Under the pieces are notes generated by a model. That model did no database searches and was not told the origin of the DNA. It saw only the letters and a list, made by a program, of their open reading frames with translations. DNA of 64,000 nucleotides, taken from contig CAWELD010000003.1 in the NCBI GenBank assembly GCA_963809895.1, positions 2,144,001-2,208,000 on the forward strand, given 5' to 3'. Below are positions 42,881-52,159 of the stretch, piece by piece. This DNA is from an uncultured Gemmatimonadales bacterium (GTDB taxonomy: Bacteria > Gemmatimonadota > Gemmatimonadetes > Longimicrobiales > Gaopeijiaceae). The number at the start of each line of letters is the position of its first letter. The first letter of the stretch is position 1. The position numbers were made by a program, and so were the translations under genes.

Positions 42881-43811
42881 CGGACTCCGGCACGCCCGAT
42901 GCCGCCGCCGGCGCGGCCGCCCCGGGGGAGCTCCTCCCGCGAGTGAAGTCATACCCATGGACTCCGCCCAGCGGGGCGAGGGCCCCTACGTGTGGCGCTT
43001 CATTCTCTTCCACCGGATCACGCACGGGATGGTGATCGTCTCCTTCCTGCTCCTGGTCCTGACCGGGCTGCCGCTCCGCTTCAGCTGCGCCGTATGGTCG
43101 GCGCCGCTCATGCGACTCCTGGGCGGGGTGGAGATGGCGGGCATCCTGCACCGCATCGGAGCGGGCATCACCTTCGCCTACTTCGGCTCGCACGTGATCT
43201 TCCTGGCGCTGAAGCTCTACCGGGCGAAGAACCGGCGGGCGCTCCTGTGGGGGCCCGACTCGCTGGTGCCTCAGCCCCGGGACGCGCTGGACATGATCCA
43301 GCAGTTCCGCTGGTATCTGGGCCTCGGGCCGCGCCCGCGCTTCGGCCGCTACTCGTACATGGAGAAGTTCGACTACTTCGCCGTGTTCTGGGGCGTGGCC
43401 ATCATCGGTGGGTCGGGGCTCATGCTCTGGTTCCCCGAGTTCTTCGCGCGCTGGCTCCCGGGCTGGCTCTTCAACATCGCCACCGTGGTCCACGCCGACG
43501 AGGCGTTGCTGGCCGCCGGCTTCATCTTCACCGTGCACTTCTTCCACGTGCACCTGCGGCCGGAGAAGTTCCCGCTGGACGCGGTCATGTTCCACGGCCG
43601 CGCCACCGTCGAGTACATGGAGGAGGAGCACCCCATCGTCCTCGAGGGCATGCCCCGGGACGCCGAGCTTTCCGTCGAGCCTCGCGCCGACGCGCTCGCC
43701 CCCGCTCCCACCCACCGCCAGTCCATCATCGGCGCCACGCTGGGCTTCATCGCCCTGACCATCGGCGTCGTCTGCATCGGGTTGATCCTATGGGCCGTTT
43801 CGTTCTGCTGA
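42877..43811 (+). CDS. Cytochrome b subunit, FdnI/HydC-like (probable frameshift near 42935; in-frame ATG at 42957)
   Basis: HRITH, HRIGA, EKFDYFAVFWG, HADEALLA..HFFH, LRPEKFPLD. Confidence 0.88.
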
Positions 43812-45181
43812 CCGCCGGGCGGGCGGGCCGCGCCGGGCTGTTCCTGGCCGCCCTCTCCGCTCTCGCCGCCGCCGGGTGTGCCGAGCCGGCGCTCCAGCGC
43901 ACCGCCCGCGCCGACGGCGACCCCCACGCCGACGTGTCGTGCTCCACCTGCCACGACGGCCCGCTGGCCCAGGTGGGCGAGGCTGCCGTGCCCGCCCAGG
44001 CCTGCACCGCGTCGGGCTGCCACACCGACGGCGGCCCCCGCGAGGTGAAGCTGTCGTCCGTGGAGTTCCAGCACCGGGGCCACGGCGGCGACAGCACCAT
44101 CGTCGCCACCGCCTGCGCCGGCTGCCACACCCACGACGCCGGCAACGAGCCGCTGGTGGCCAACGTCGACGCGTGTTCGCTGTGCCACCTGAATCAGCAG
44201 GCCACCGGGGGCGGCGGCGAGTGCCGCACCTGCCATCAGGCGCCCTCGCACGTGGGCTTCACCAGCCAGGGCGTGGAGGTGCCACACCAGGGTCTTCCGT
44301 GGGTCGAGGGGGGATGCGTGCGCTGCCATTACGACGTGACGCGCCCTCCGGTCGAGGTCTCGGTGACCCGCTGCTCGAGCTGCCACACGGATCTGGACGC
44401 CGCGGTGGCGGGCGGGATCGGCGAGGATCTGCACCAGACCCACACGGGATCGGCGTGCACCGCCTGCCACGACGGGGGCACGCACCGCATCCAGGCCATG
44501 ACCTCCAGCGTGGATCTGCAGTGCACGGACTGCCACGCGCGCGAGCACGACCTGGAGCTGGCCGCTGATTTCCCCGACCCCGCCACCTGTGACGCCTGCC
44601 ACGGCAGCGCGCACCAGGCGGAGCAGCGCATGGTTCTGGGACTCGTCCCCGACCTGCCGGGCCCCGCACCGAGCGAGAAGTTCATGGACGGCCTCACCTG
44701 CCGGTCGTGCCACGGAACGCCCGGCGACACCGACCCGGCGACGCTGGTGCAGAGCGTGTCACAGGACTGCGTAGGCTGCCACCGGCCCGAGTACGCCACC
44801 GTGCTGCGCTGGTGGCGGCAGGGCTCGTCGGATCGCCTCGGTCGCACCGACCAATTCGTCTCCACCGCCCGGCGCAGGCTGGGCAACGCGTCGGACACGG
44901 TGGCCGGCGAGCTGGCGGCCGCGACCCGCATGGTGGACCTGGTGCGGGACGGGGGCGCGGTGCACAACCTGCCTCTGGCCCACGAGCTGCTCACCGAGGC
45001 GACCCAACGGGTGAGCGAGGCCTATCGGCTGGCCGGCGTGGACACGCCCGCGCCACCGAACCTCGGCCCCCAGCCCCGCATGGGCCTGTGCTCGTACTGC
45101 CACTACCGGCCCAACGACCCGTGGCTCTACGAAGAGATGTCCGGGTCCTTCCACAGAGACGTGCTGCGGATCGGAGGATAA
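43790..45181 (+). CDS. Multiheme cytochrome c lipoprotein (12 CxxCH + 1 CX4CH)
   Basis: Lipobox AAGC; motifs counted in the translation; GAVHN and helical C-terminus; start approximate. Confidence 0.88.
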   Translation: MGRFVLLTAGRAGRAGLFLAALSALAAAGCAEPALQRTARADGDPHADVSCSTCHDGPLAQVGEAAVPAQACTASGCHTDGGPREVKLSSVEFQHRGHGGDSTIVATACAGCHTHDAGNEPLVANVDACSLCHLNQQATGGGGECRTCHQAPSHVGFTSQGVEVPHQGLPWVEGGCVRCHYDVTRPPVEVSVTRCSSCHTDLDAAVAGGIGEDLHQTHTGSACTACHDGGTHRIQAMTSSVDLQCTDCHAREHDLELAADFPDPATCDACHGSAHQAEQRMVLGLVPDLPGPAPSEKFMDGLTCRSCHGTPGDTDPATLVQSVSQDCVGCHRPEYATVLRWWRQGSSDRLGRTDQFVSTARRRLGNASDTVAGELAAATRMVDLVRDGGAVHNLPLAHELLTEATQRVSEAYRLAGVDTPAPPNLGPQPRMGLCSYCHYRPNDPWLYEEMSGSFHRDVLRIGG

Positions 45182-45189
45182 GCCGCCCG

Positions 45190-45453
45190 TCAGAAGAGCT
45201 TCTTGATCCTCCCGAAGCCCTCCTTGATCTCCTCGGCCACGAGGTCGAAGGCCGCGCCCACGTCGCCGGACGCGTCCTTCGCCTCGCCGCCGAGCACCTT
45301 GAGACGCCCGCGCAGCTTCTGAAGCTTCTCCTCCAGCTCCTGCCACTCCTCGCGGGCCTCGAGCTTCGCCAGTCCCAGCTTGACCTTGAGCTCGTCCCGC
45401 TCCTTCTCCAGACGCTCGAGCAGCCGTTGGCGATTGGTGTCCTGGTCGGTCAT
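45190..45453 (-). CDS. Small coiled-coil hypothetical protein (87 aa)
   Basis: GAGGTG RBS; RDELKVKL.LAK.EA.EEW..LE.K heptads. Confidence 0.75.
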   Translation of the reverse strand: MTDQDTNRQRLLERLEKERDELKVKLGLAKLEAREEWQELEEKLQKLRGRLKVLGGEAKDASGDVGAAFDLVAEEIKEGFGRIKKLF

Positions 45454-45495
45454 GAGATGTCACCTCGATGTTCGGTTTCGGGGGATTCCCGCTAG

Positions 45496-45796
45496 CAGGT
45501 CGCTGAAGAAGGGGAGCACCCCGCGTTGGGAGCGCCACGGCCCCTCATCCTAGGCGAAGTGACGAAGGCATAGCCAAAGCTACGTCGAGGCGCTTCAACG
45601 ACGGAGGAGGGGCCGTGCCGCCCCAACCCACCACCTGCCAGGTTCATAGAGTGCATGTTGACGGGCGCATGGCGGTTCCGCGGTTGATCCATCGTCTCTC
45701 CTCCTCGCCGTAGCGCTGCTACGACTCGTCGTCTTTCCTTGCCTGAACGCGCGAAAGCGCCATGCGCGCGGGGTACTCCCCTTCTTCAGCGACCTG
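45496..45796. mobile_element. MITE (non-autonomous IS derivative), 301 bp
   Basis: 30-bp terminal inverted repeats CAGGTCGCTGAAGAAGGGGAG(C/T)ACCCCGCG (29/30), flanked by CTAG on both sides; no transposase. Confidence 0.85.
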
Positions 45797-45838
45797 CTAG
45801 AAGATACAGCACCGGCGGGAGGCGTGGGTTCCAGAGGG

Positions 45839-46918
45839 TCAGGTCCAGTCGCGGTCGGGAAGCTCTGTCCACGGGACGACATCGACGCCGTCCCTGTGCT
45901 GAGAGGTCTCGCCACCGTAGACCAGACGCAGCGCCGGCTCCGCCACATCCGCTTTGGCGACCAGCGCTTCCCGGAACATGCGCAGACTCCTCAGGAAGTC
46001 CGAAGCCACCGTGGCCCCCGACTTGACCTCCACCCCCATGATCCCGTCGCCGGCCTCGACCACCAGATCCACCTCCAGACCTCTCGTCTCCCGAAGGTGG
46101 TGCAGGCCCGAGGCCAACCCCCGATGTACGCGCGCCTTCAGGATCTCGGACGCCACCCAGCTCTCGAAGATCGCGCCGCGCAATGGATGGGTACGTAGCT
46201 GGTCCGGGCTTCGAATCCCCAGGAGGTGGCACGCGAGGCCAGAGTCCACGAAGTGCATCTTGGGTGCCTTCACGGCCCGCTTGCGCGTGTTGCGAAACCA
46301 GGGCGGTGCCGTGAAGACGATGAAGCTGGCCTCCAACACGGAGATCCAGGATCGAATCGTCGGGTGGGACACTCCCACGTCGCCGGCCAGGGCGGATAGG
46401 TGGAGCTCCTGCGCCGTGCGACCGGCCGCCAGCCGCAGAAAGGTGGCGAAGGCGTGGAGGTCGGACACGTTCAAGACCTGGCGCACATCCCGCTCCACGT
46501 AGGTCGCCTCGTAGTCCGCAAGCCAGCGATCCGCAGTCAGGTTCCGGTCATGGATCCTCGGGTACCCCCCGGTCCACACCGTCGGCCACAGGTCGTCGTG
46601 CGGAGCCGAGAATCCGCGGAGCTCGTCCAGGCTCATGGGCAGCAGGTGGAGGAGGGCCACGCGTCCAGCCAGCGACTGGCTGATCGCATCGGAGAGGCCG
46701 AAGTGCTGCGAGCCCGTCAGGATGAAGCGACCCGGGGTCGCGTCCCGATCCAGGTCTTCCTGAAGGTAGCTGAACAACTGCGGCGCCCTCTGCACCTCGT
46801 CCAGGATCGTCGCTCGGTGATACTGGCTCAGAAAGCCCCGAGGATCCGAGACGGCGTATTCGCGTACGTCCAGCGGTTCCAGCGTCACGTAGTCGTGGTC
46901 CGGAAAACACGCCTTGCA
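45839..46918 (-). pseudogene. 5'-truncated AAA_14/DUF4143 ATPase
   Basis: ILDEVQR, ILTGSQ, SLAGR, GGYP, YVERDV, GAIFES, EVD..EVKS present; start codon and Walker A missing before CKACFP. Confidence 0.8.
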
Positions 46919-46953
46919 ATCTCTGACAATCGCGCCGCTTCCTACACGGCGAA

Positions 46954-46986
46954 GGCCCGCCCCCACGACCAGCGTGGGGACGGGCC
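46954..46986 (-). terminator. Hairpin after the fused cytochrome gene
   Basis: GGCCCGCCCCCACG / CGTGGGGACGGGCC (13/14). Confidence 0.55.
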
Positions 46987-47043
46987 CGTTCGTTCCCGGA
47001 GCCGCGGCGCCGGAACGCCGCGGTCCCGGTGATGCGGCCGCGC

Positions 47044-49188
47044 CTAGCTCGAAGGCGTGGGCTCGGCGCCGCCGGGGAAGAGCTCGTCGTACTCCAGCTC
47101 GTGCTCTTCCTTGAGCCGTTCCAGGCTGATCTTGCCCGTGAACATGGTGGTGTCCAGGGGGAACACCTCCGGCCTGAGCATCACGCCGTAGGAGTGCCAC
47201 AGGATCACCACCAGCACCGCGAAGGTGGCCTCCAGGCCGTGGGCCACTCGCGCCGCTGCCAGGAAGATGCCCGGCAGCACCGTCGACGCCGCCTCCGGGA
47301 AGAGGAGGATGACGCCGGTGACGGTCATGAGCGTTCCGCCCAGGAAGAGTCCCCAGTACTCGAACTTCTCGCGGAAGTCGAACTTGCCGGACTTGGGCTT
47401 GGGCCCGCCCTTCAGCGCGTGCTTCAGGGTGCCCAGCGCCGTGTGGAAGTCCTGTTTCCGGAACATGATCTCGGGCAGCTTCCTCCGCTTGATGGCGCCC
47501 GCGATACCCCGGCTCAGGTGCATGGCCAGGAGCCCGACGAAGACCACGCCGGTCACCCGGTGCACGATGCGCGTGGGTCCGATGCCACCCCAGAGCTGGA
47601 TGAGCCAGTGGGCCAGCGGGGAGTCGGGCCGCGTCTGCGGTAGCCCCGTGACGATGAGCAGGATGAAGGTGGACGCGGCGCCCATGTGCTCCACCCGCTC
47701 CATGATGTTGAACCTGGGCACCATGGGATGCCGTTCTCCTTCGTGACGACGGCGGGCGAAGAAGGCGCGGATCTTCTGCGCTCCCTCGGAGGCCAGGAGC
47801 CGCGCTCCGGTCCGACGCTGGTGCTGCACGTCGAAGAGGATGTTCAACAGCAGCCCGAAGAGTACGAAGGGGATCATCACGTAGTAGAAGGATCTCAGAC
47901 CCCAGATGACGATCTGATTGCGGGGTCCGGGCGGCGTGTGCCCGAGCCAGGCACCGGCGAACTTCGCGTCGGCCTTCTCGTGGCAGCCCTGACACACCGC
48001 GCTCACGTCGGCCATGGTGCCGTGCCATCCCACCGCGTGGGCACCGTGGCAGTCGGAGCAGACCAGCACGTCGGGCTGAAGCCCGTCGTCACCGTGACCC
48101 TTCAGGAAGCTCACCGTGGCGCCGTGGAAGTCGTCCTTCCACGTCACGCCCATCCCTCTGGGCAGGTCGTACTTCTCCACCAACGACGCCTCCGAATGGC
48201 ACTGGAGGCAGCGGGTGGTCTCCTGCACGGGGATGGCTCCCACGTCGCCGGCCTCGGGCCCATGGGCCTGGTGGCAGGTCACGCAGGTGGGCAGATCCGG
48301 GTTGGGATCCACCGCGGCCAGGCCGTCGGCGTGTCCCCCCTCACGGTACTGCGCCAGCTCCTCTTCGTGGCAGGTCCCGCAGCGCTGGGCCACCGCCGTC
48401 TCGGCCTCCGGAAAGCCCGGGTCCGTCGCGAAGGCGTGGCACTGCGTGCAGGTGGGACCGTCCTCTGCGTTCACGTGGGCCGGCGTCACCGCCTCGTGGT
48501 CCTCGTGGCACTGGAGGCACGCCTGCTCCTGCACCTCCGGAGGCGCCAGCGCCGGTCCGTCGTGGATGGCGTGGCACTGCGAGCACGAGGCCTCGCTGTC
48601 CTCACCCTGCATGTGCAGGGGGTGGGCGTCCTCGTGGCACGAGCCGCAGCTCGCCGCCGGCGAGGCCGCGGGCACGAGGCCCGGCGCGCTCGGATCGGGG
48701 TGTCCGGTGTGGCACTGCACGCAGGCGGGGCCGTCCTCCAACTGGCCCGGATGCGTGTGGTCCACGGTCTCGTGGCACTGCTGGCATCCGTCGGTCTTGA
48801 GGAGGAAGTCGTCATCCGCCACCGCGCCATGGTCCGTACCCGAACCATGGATCGAGTGACACGACGTGCACACCGGCGCGTCACCACCCACGTCCGGGTG
48901 TGCCGGATGAACGTCCTCGTGGCAGCTCACGCACGCGTCCAGCCTGCGCGCCTGGGCCTGCTCGGGGTCGTTGGTGAAACCCACGTGGTGACACGACAGA
49001 CACGACACCGTGTCCCCGTGGAGCGAAGCCCGCCGGGCGCGGATGTCCACGCTCGGATGGCAAGACTGGCAGACCTGCGCCTCGTCTCCGGGCTTCGCTG
49101 TCTGGGCCGGTGCCGGCATGGGCGACGCGGCCAGGCTCAAAGCCATCAGCCCCGTGATCCATGCCGGCCCGGCAATGGTGGAACGCAT
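47044..49188 (-). CDS. Fused multiheme cytochrome c (15 CxxCH) and cytochrome b, CbcL-like
   Basis: Signal peptide; 15 CxxCH counted; then ERVEH, HRVTG, EKFEYW, HGLEA..WHSY, LRPEVFPLD membrane domain. Confidence 0.92.
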   Translation of the reverse strand: MRSTIAGPAWITGLMALSLAASPMPAPAQTAKPGDEAQVCQSCHPSVDIRARRASLHGDTVSCLSCHHVGFTNDPEQAQARRLDACVSCHEDVHPAHPDVGGDAPVCTSCHSIHGSGTDHGAVADDDFLLKTDGCQQCHETVDHTHPGQLEDGPACVQCHTGHPDPSAPGLVPAASPAASCGSCHEDAHPLHMQGEDSEASCSQCHAIHDGPALAPPEVQEQACLQCHEDHEAVTPAHVNAEDGPTCTQCHAFATDPGFPEAETAVAQRCGTCHEEELAQYREGGHADGLAAVDPNPDLPTCVTCHQAHGPEAGDVGAIPVQETTRCLQCHSEASLVEKYDLPRGMGVTWKDDFHGATVSFLKGHGDDGLQPDVLVCSDCHGAHAVGWHGTMADVSAVCQGCHEKADAKFAGAWLGHTPPGPRNQIVIWGLRSFYYVMIPFVLFGLLLNILFDVQHQRRTGARLLASEGAQKIRAFFARRRHEGERHPMVPRFNIMERVEHMGAASTFILLIVTGLPQTRPDSPLAHWLIQLWGGIGPTRIVHRVTGVVFVGLLAMHLSRGIAGAIKRRKLPEIMFRKQDFHTALGTLKHALKGGPKPKSGKFDFREKFEYWGLFLGGTLMTVTGVILLFPEAASTVLPGIFLAAARVAHGLEATFAVLVVILWHSYGVMLRPEVFPLDTTMFTGKISLERLKEEHELEYDELFPGGAEPTPSS

Positions 49189-49211
49189 GATCGTCTCCGT
49201 AGTGCGGCAGG

Positions 49212-49880
49212 TCACTCGGCCCGGGCGATGGCGCCCCAGACGGTCTCACCCATCACCCAGAAGAGCGCGCCGACGCCGATGACGGGCAGGAAGATCACGA
49301 ACGCCAGCCCCAGGATCGGCGCGGCGATGAGTCCACCCACGGTCTCCAGCGCACCCAGCACGCCGCCCCGGCTCTGCTCCTCCACCTCCACCGCCTCGAG
49401 GAGCGTCGCCAGCTCCCGCTCCACCTCCGTTGCTTCGTCCAGTACCGCAGCCGCGGCCTCGGGCGTGGCCGCCGCCACCTCACCCTGGATCTTCTCCTCG
49501 CCTTCCAGCAACCCGAGATGCAGCGCCGCCGTGATCACGTTGGCCAGCGTGTCCGGACCGATGGGCTTGTTGAGGAAATCGAACGCGCCCAGCTCCTTGG
49601 CCCGGTCCTCCACGCTCGCGTCGCCGTAGCCGGTGACCAGTACGAACGGCGTCTCCGGCTGCTCGTCGTGCACCCACTCGAGAAGCTGAAGTCCGTCCAC
49701 CGTGGGCATGCGCAGATCGGAGATCACGATGTCCGCGGGATTGCGCCTGAGCTCGGAGATGGCGCTCTCTCCGTCGACGGCGGTGGTGACCTCGTAGCCG
49801 CGCCCGGTCAGGAACCGGTCCCAGCTGTCGCGGACCCCCGCCTCGTCGTCGACCAACATCACCCTCGTGTTCGCCTTCAT
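49212..49880 (-). CDS. Response regulator receiver with C-terminal hydrophobic hairpin and no DNA-binding domain
   Basis: LVDD, SDLRMP, VTG, KP; acidic linker; LIAAPILGLAFVIFLPVIGVGALFW tail; AAGGAGG RBS. Confidence 0.85.
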   Translation of the reverse strand: MKANTRVMLVDDEAGVRDSWDRFLTGRGYEVTTAVDGESAISELRRNPADIVISDLRMPTVDGLQLLEWVHDEQPETPFVLVTGYGDASVEDRAKELGAFDFLNKPIGPDTLANVITAALHLGLLEGEEKIQGEVAAATPEAAAAVLDEATEVERELATLLEAVEVEEQSRGGVLGALETVGGLIAAPILGLAFVIFLPVIGVGALFWVMGETVWGAIARAE

Positions 49881-49935
49881 GATGTCCCTCCTTCCGGGAA
49901 CGAACGGCCTGTCCTGCATGGTTTCCTGCTCCATC

Positions 49936-50346
49936 TCAACTGGCTGGTGTGGTGGCCCACAGAGACCGCGCTTGAACGCGGCGCACGGCGTCGACCAGCC
50001 GGTCCAGCTCTTCGTCGTCACCTTCCGATCGCACCAGGTCGACGCCGCAGGAGATGAGATACTCCAGCACGGGAAGGGGGAGGGGACCTTCCACGACGAC
50101 GACCTTCTGCAGCTCCGGGTACTCCAGCGCCATGCGGGCCACCACGGCCAGCATGCTGCCCCGGGGCACGGGTCGGAGGTCGAGCACCAACACGGAAACG
50201 GAGGAGAGCGACTGCTCCCTCAGGAGTTCCTCGAGGCTGGTGTGCCAGGAGAAATGCGCGTCGTCGCCGGCGAGACCCGCCGCCAGCGTCGCGGCTCCTT
50301 CGGTGTCCGAGAGCAGGACCGTCGATCCGGATTCTGCCACCAACAC
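49936..50346 (-). CDS. Atypical receiver-like small protein
   Basis: AAGGAGG RBS before GTG; alternating beta/alpha pattern with VLVLD; lacks canonical DD and KP. Confidence 0.6.
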   Translation of the reverse strand: MLVAESGSTVLLSDTEGAATLAAGLAGDDAHFSWHTSLEELLREQSLSSVSVLVLDLRPVPRGSMLAVVARMALEYPELQKVVVVEGPLPLPVLEYLISCGVDLVRSEGDDEELDRLVDAVRRVQARSLWATTPAS

Positions 50347-50427
50347 GTTGCCACCCTCCTTCGGCCCCGGGGGTGGTCGACCGCCACCCTGTCGGGACTC
50401 GCTTCCGTGTACTCGACCACGAACAAG

Positions 50428-50444
50428 GGCAAGCGGTGTGCCGT
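50428..50444 (-). promoter_or_regulatory. Sigma54 -24/-12 promoter
   Basis: Minus strand CGGCACACCGCTTGC: GG-N10-GC. Confidence 0.75.
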
Positions 50445-50538
50445 AAATCACGAGATTTGCGTTATCGCCGTAACTTCTTGTGCACGAGCTATTTACGGCC
50501 CAGGCCCGCGACACGCGGTGGCGGCCGGAAAGCGTCAG

Positions 50539-50673
50539 GTGTATGCGGCGCATATACAGCTCGACCCCCGCCGGTGAGCGGAGGTCGCGGCCCGCAAGGG
50601 ATCAAATCGTTGTGGGACAGTTACTTAGGGAGATCGGTGCCGCTGGGGGAGGGCGTATACGCGCCACACACGC
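50539..50673. promoter_or_regulatory. Two related palindromic boxes flanking an IHF-like site
   Basis: GTGTATGCGGCGCATATAC (50539-50557) and an inverted 15/19 copy (50655-50673); GATCAAATCGTTG at 50600-50612 is one mismatch from WATCAANNNNTTR. Confidence 0.5.
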
Positions 50674-50698
50674 CCCCGGAGCGGGGGCAAGACCAGGG

Positions 50699-52159
50699 TC
50701 AGGACCCCGCCTCCGCCTCGTCGGCGTCGTCCTGGTCGGCACCTCCGGGAGTGGTGATCCCGTGTTTGCGCATGAGGGCGTGCAGGTTGGGGCGCTGCAT
50801 GTCCACCTCGCGCGCGGCGCGGGACACGTTCCAGCGAGCCTTCCTGAGCGCCTTGAGCACGAAGAGCTTCTCCAGCCGCTCCACCGACTCGGCCCTGAGC
50901 TCCTTCTTGCGCAGCGCCAGCGTGCGTGCGTCGTCGGGGACGTCGTTCCACTCCTCGGTGGGCACCTCGCCCACGACGGTGGGCACGTCGTCGATGTCGA
51001 TGACGTGGTCGTCGGCCACCAGCACGGCGCGCTCGATGACGTGCTCGAGCTCCCGCACGTTGCCGGGCCAGTCGTGGACCTCCAGCGCCGTCATGGCCCG
51101 GGGCGTGATCCCGTCGATGCGCTTCTCGAACTCCTCGGCGTAGCGCTTCATGAAGTGATGCGCCAGCAGGGGAATCTCCTCGGTACGCTCCCGGAGCGGG
51201 GGCAGCTGGATGGTGAAGACGCTGAGTCGATAGTAGAGGTCGTCGCGGAAGGCGCCCTCCTCCACCAGCCCCTGCAGGTCCACGTTGGTGGCGGCGATGA
51301 GGCGCACGTCCACCGGGACCGCTTTGTCCGAGCCCACGGGGCGGATCTCCCGCTCCTGGATGAGCCGGAGCAGGCTTCCCTGGATCTGGGGCGACAGCGA
51401 GCTGATCTCGTCCAGGAAGAGCGTGCCGCCCCGGGCGGTCTCGGCCAACCCCTTGCGATCCTTCACGGCGCCGGTGAACGCACCGCGCACGTGTCCGAAG
51501 AGCTCCGACTCCAGCAACGACTCGCTCAGCGAGGCGCAGTCCGCCACCACCAGGGGGTGGTCCTTGCGGGGGCTGTTGTAGTGGATGGCCCGGGCGATGA
51601 GCTCCTTGCCCGTGCCGGTCTCGCCGGTGATGAGGACCGTGCTGTTGGTGGGCGCGACCTTGGCCACGAGCTGCATGACCTTGCGCATGGGCGGCGACGA
51701 GCAGATGACGTTGCCGATGCGGTAGCGCGTCTCGAGCTCGGAGCGCAGCCGGCGGGTCAGGTCCAACAGATGCCGTCGCTCCAGCGCCCGGGCCACGGAC
51801 ACCAGGAGCTGCGGTGGGCTGACCGGCTTCTGCAGGTAGTCGAAGGCGCCGAGCTTGATGGCCTCCACCGCCGTCTCGATGGTGGCGTAGCCGGTGATGA
51901 TCACCACCTCGGTCTCGGGCGACGCATCGCGCGTCGCGCGCAGCAGCTCGATGCCGTCCAGCTCGGGCATCTTGATGTCCACCAACAGCAGGTCGAAGGT
52001 CTCCCTGCGGATCTTGTCCAGGCCCTCGCGGGCCGAGGTGGTGGTGGTGACGTCGTAGCCCTCCGCCGAGAGCACCCGGCGGATGCTCTCGCAGACGACC
52101 TCCTCGTCGTCCACGGCGAGGACGCGAGGCGGCTCGGTCCAGGTGCGTTCGTCGGTCAT
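50699..52159 (-). CDS. Sigma54-dependent response regulator (NtrC family)
   Basis: REC domain, [34 protein letters not shown]. Confidence 0.95.
   Translation of the reverse strand: MTDERTWTEPPRVLAVDDEEVVCESIRRVLSAEGYDVTTTTSAREGLDKIRRETFDLLLVDIKMPELDGIELLRATRDASPETEVVIITGYATIETAVEAIKLGAFDYLQKPVSPPQLLVSVARALERRHLLDLTRRLRSELETRYRIGNVICSSPPMRKVMQLVAKVAPTNSTVLITGETGTGKELIARAIHYNSPRKDHPLVVADCASLSESLLESELFGHVRGAFTGAVKDRKGLAETARGGTLFLDEISSLSPQIQGSLLRLIQEREIRPVGSDKAVPVDVRLIAATNVDLQGLVEEGAFRDDLYYRLSVFTIQLPPLRERTEEIPLLAHHFMKRYAEEFEKRIDGITPRAMTALEVHDWPGNVRELEHVIERAVLVADDHVIDIDDVPTVVGEVPTEEWNDVPDDARTLALRKKELRAESVERLEKLFVLKALRKARWNVSRAAREVDMQRPNLHALMRKHGITTPGGADQDDADEAEAGS

Noticed and set aside
45839..48028. 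729-aa ORF as a cytochrome-overlapping ATPase
   Set aside because: The N-terminal half is an alternate frame of the cytochrome gene; only the truncated ATPase part is genuine
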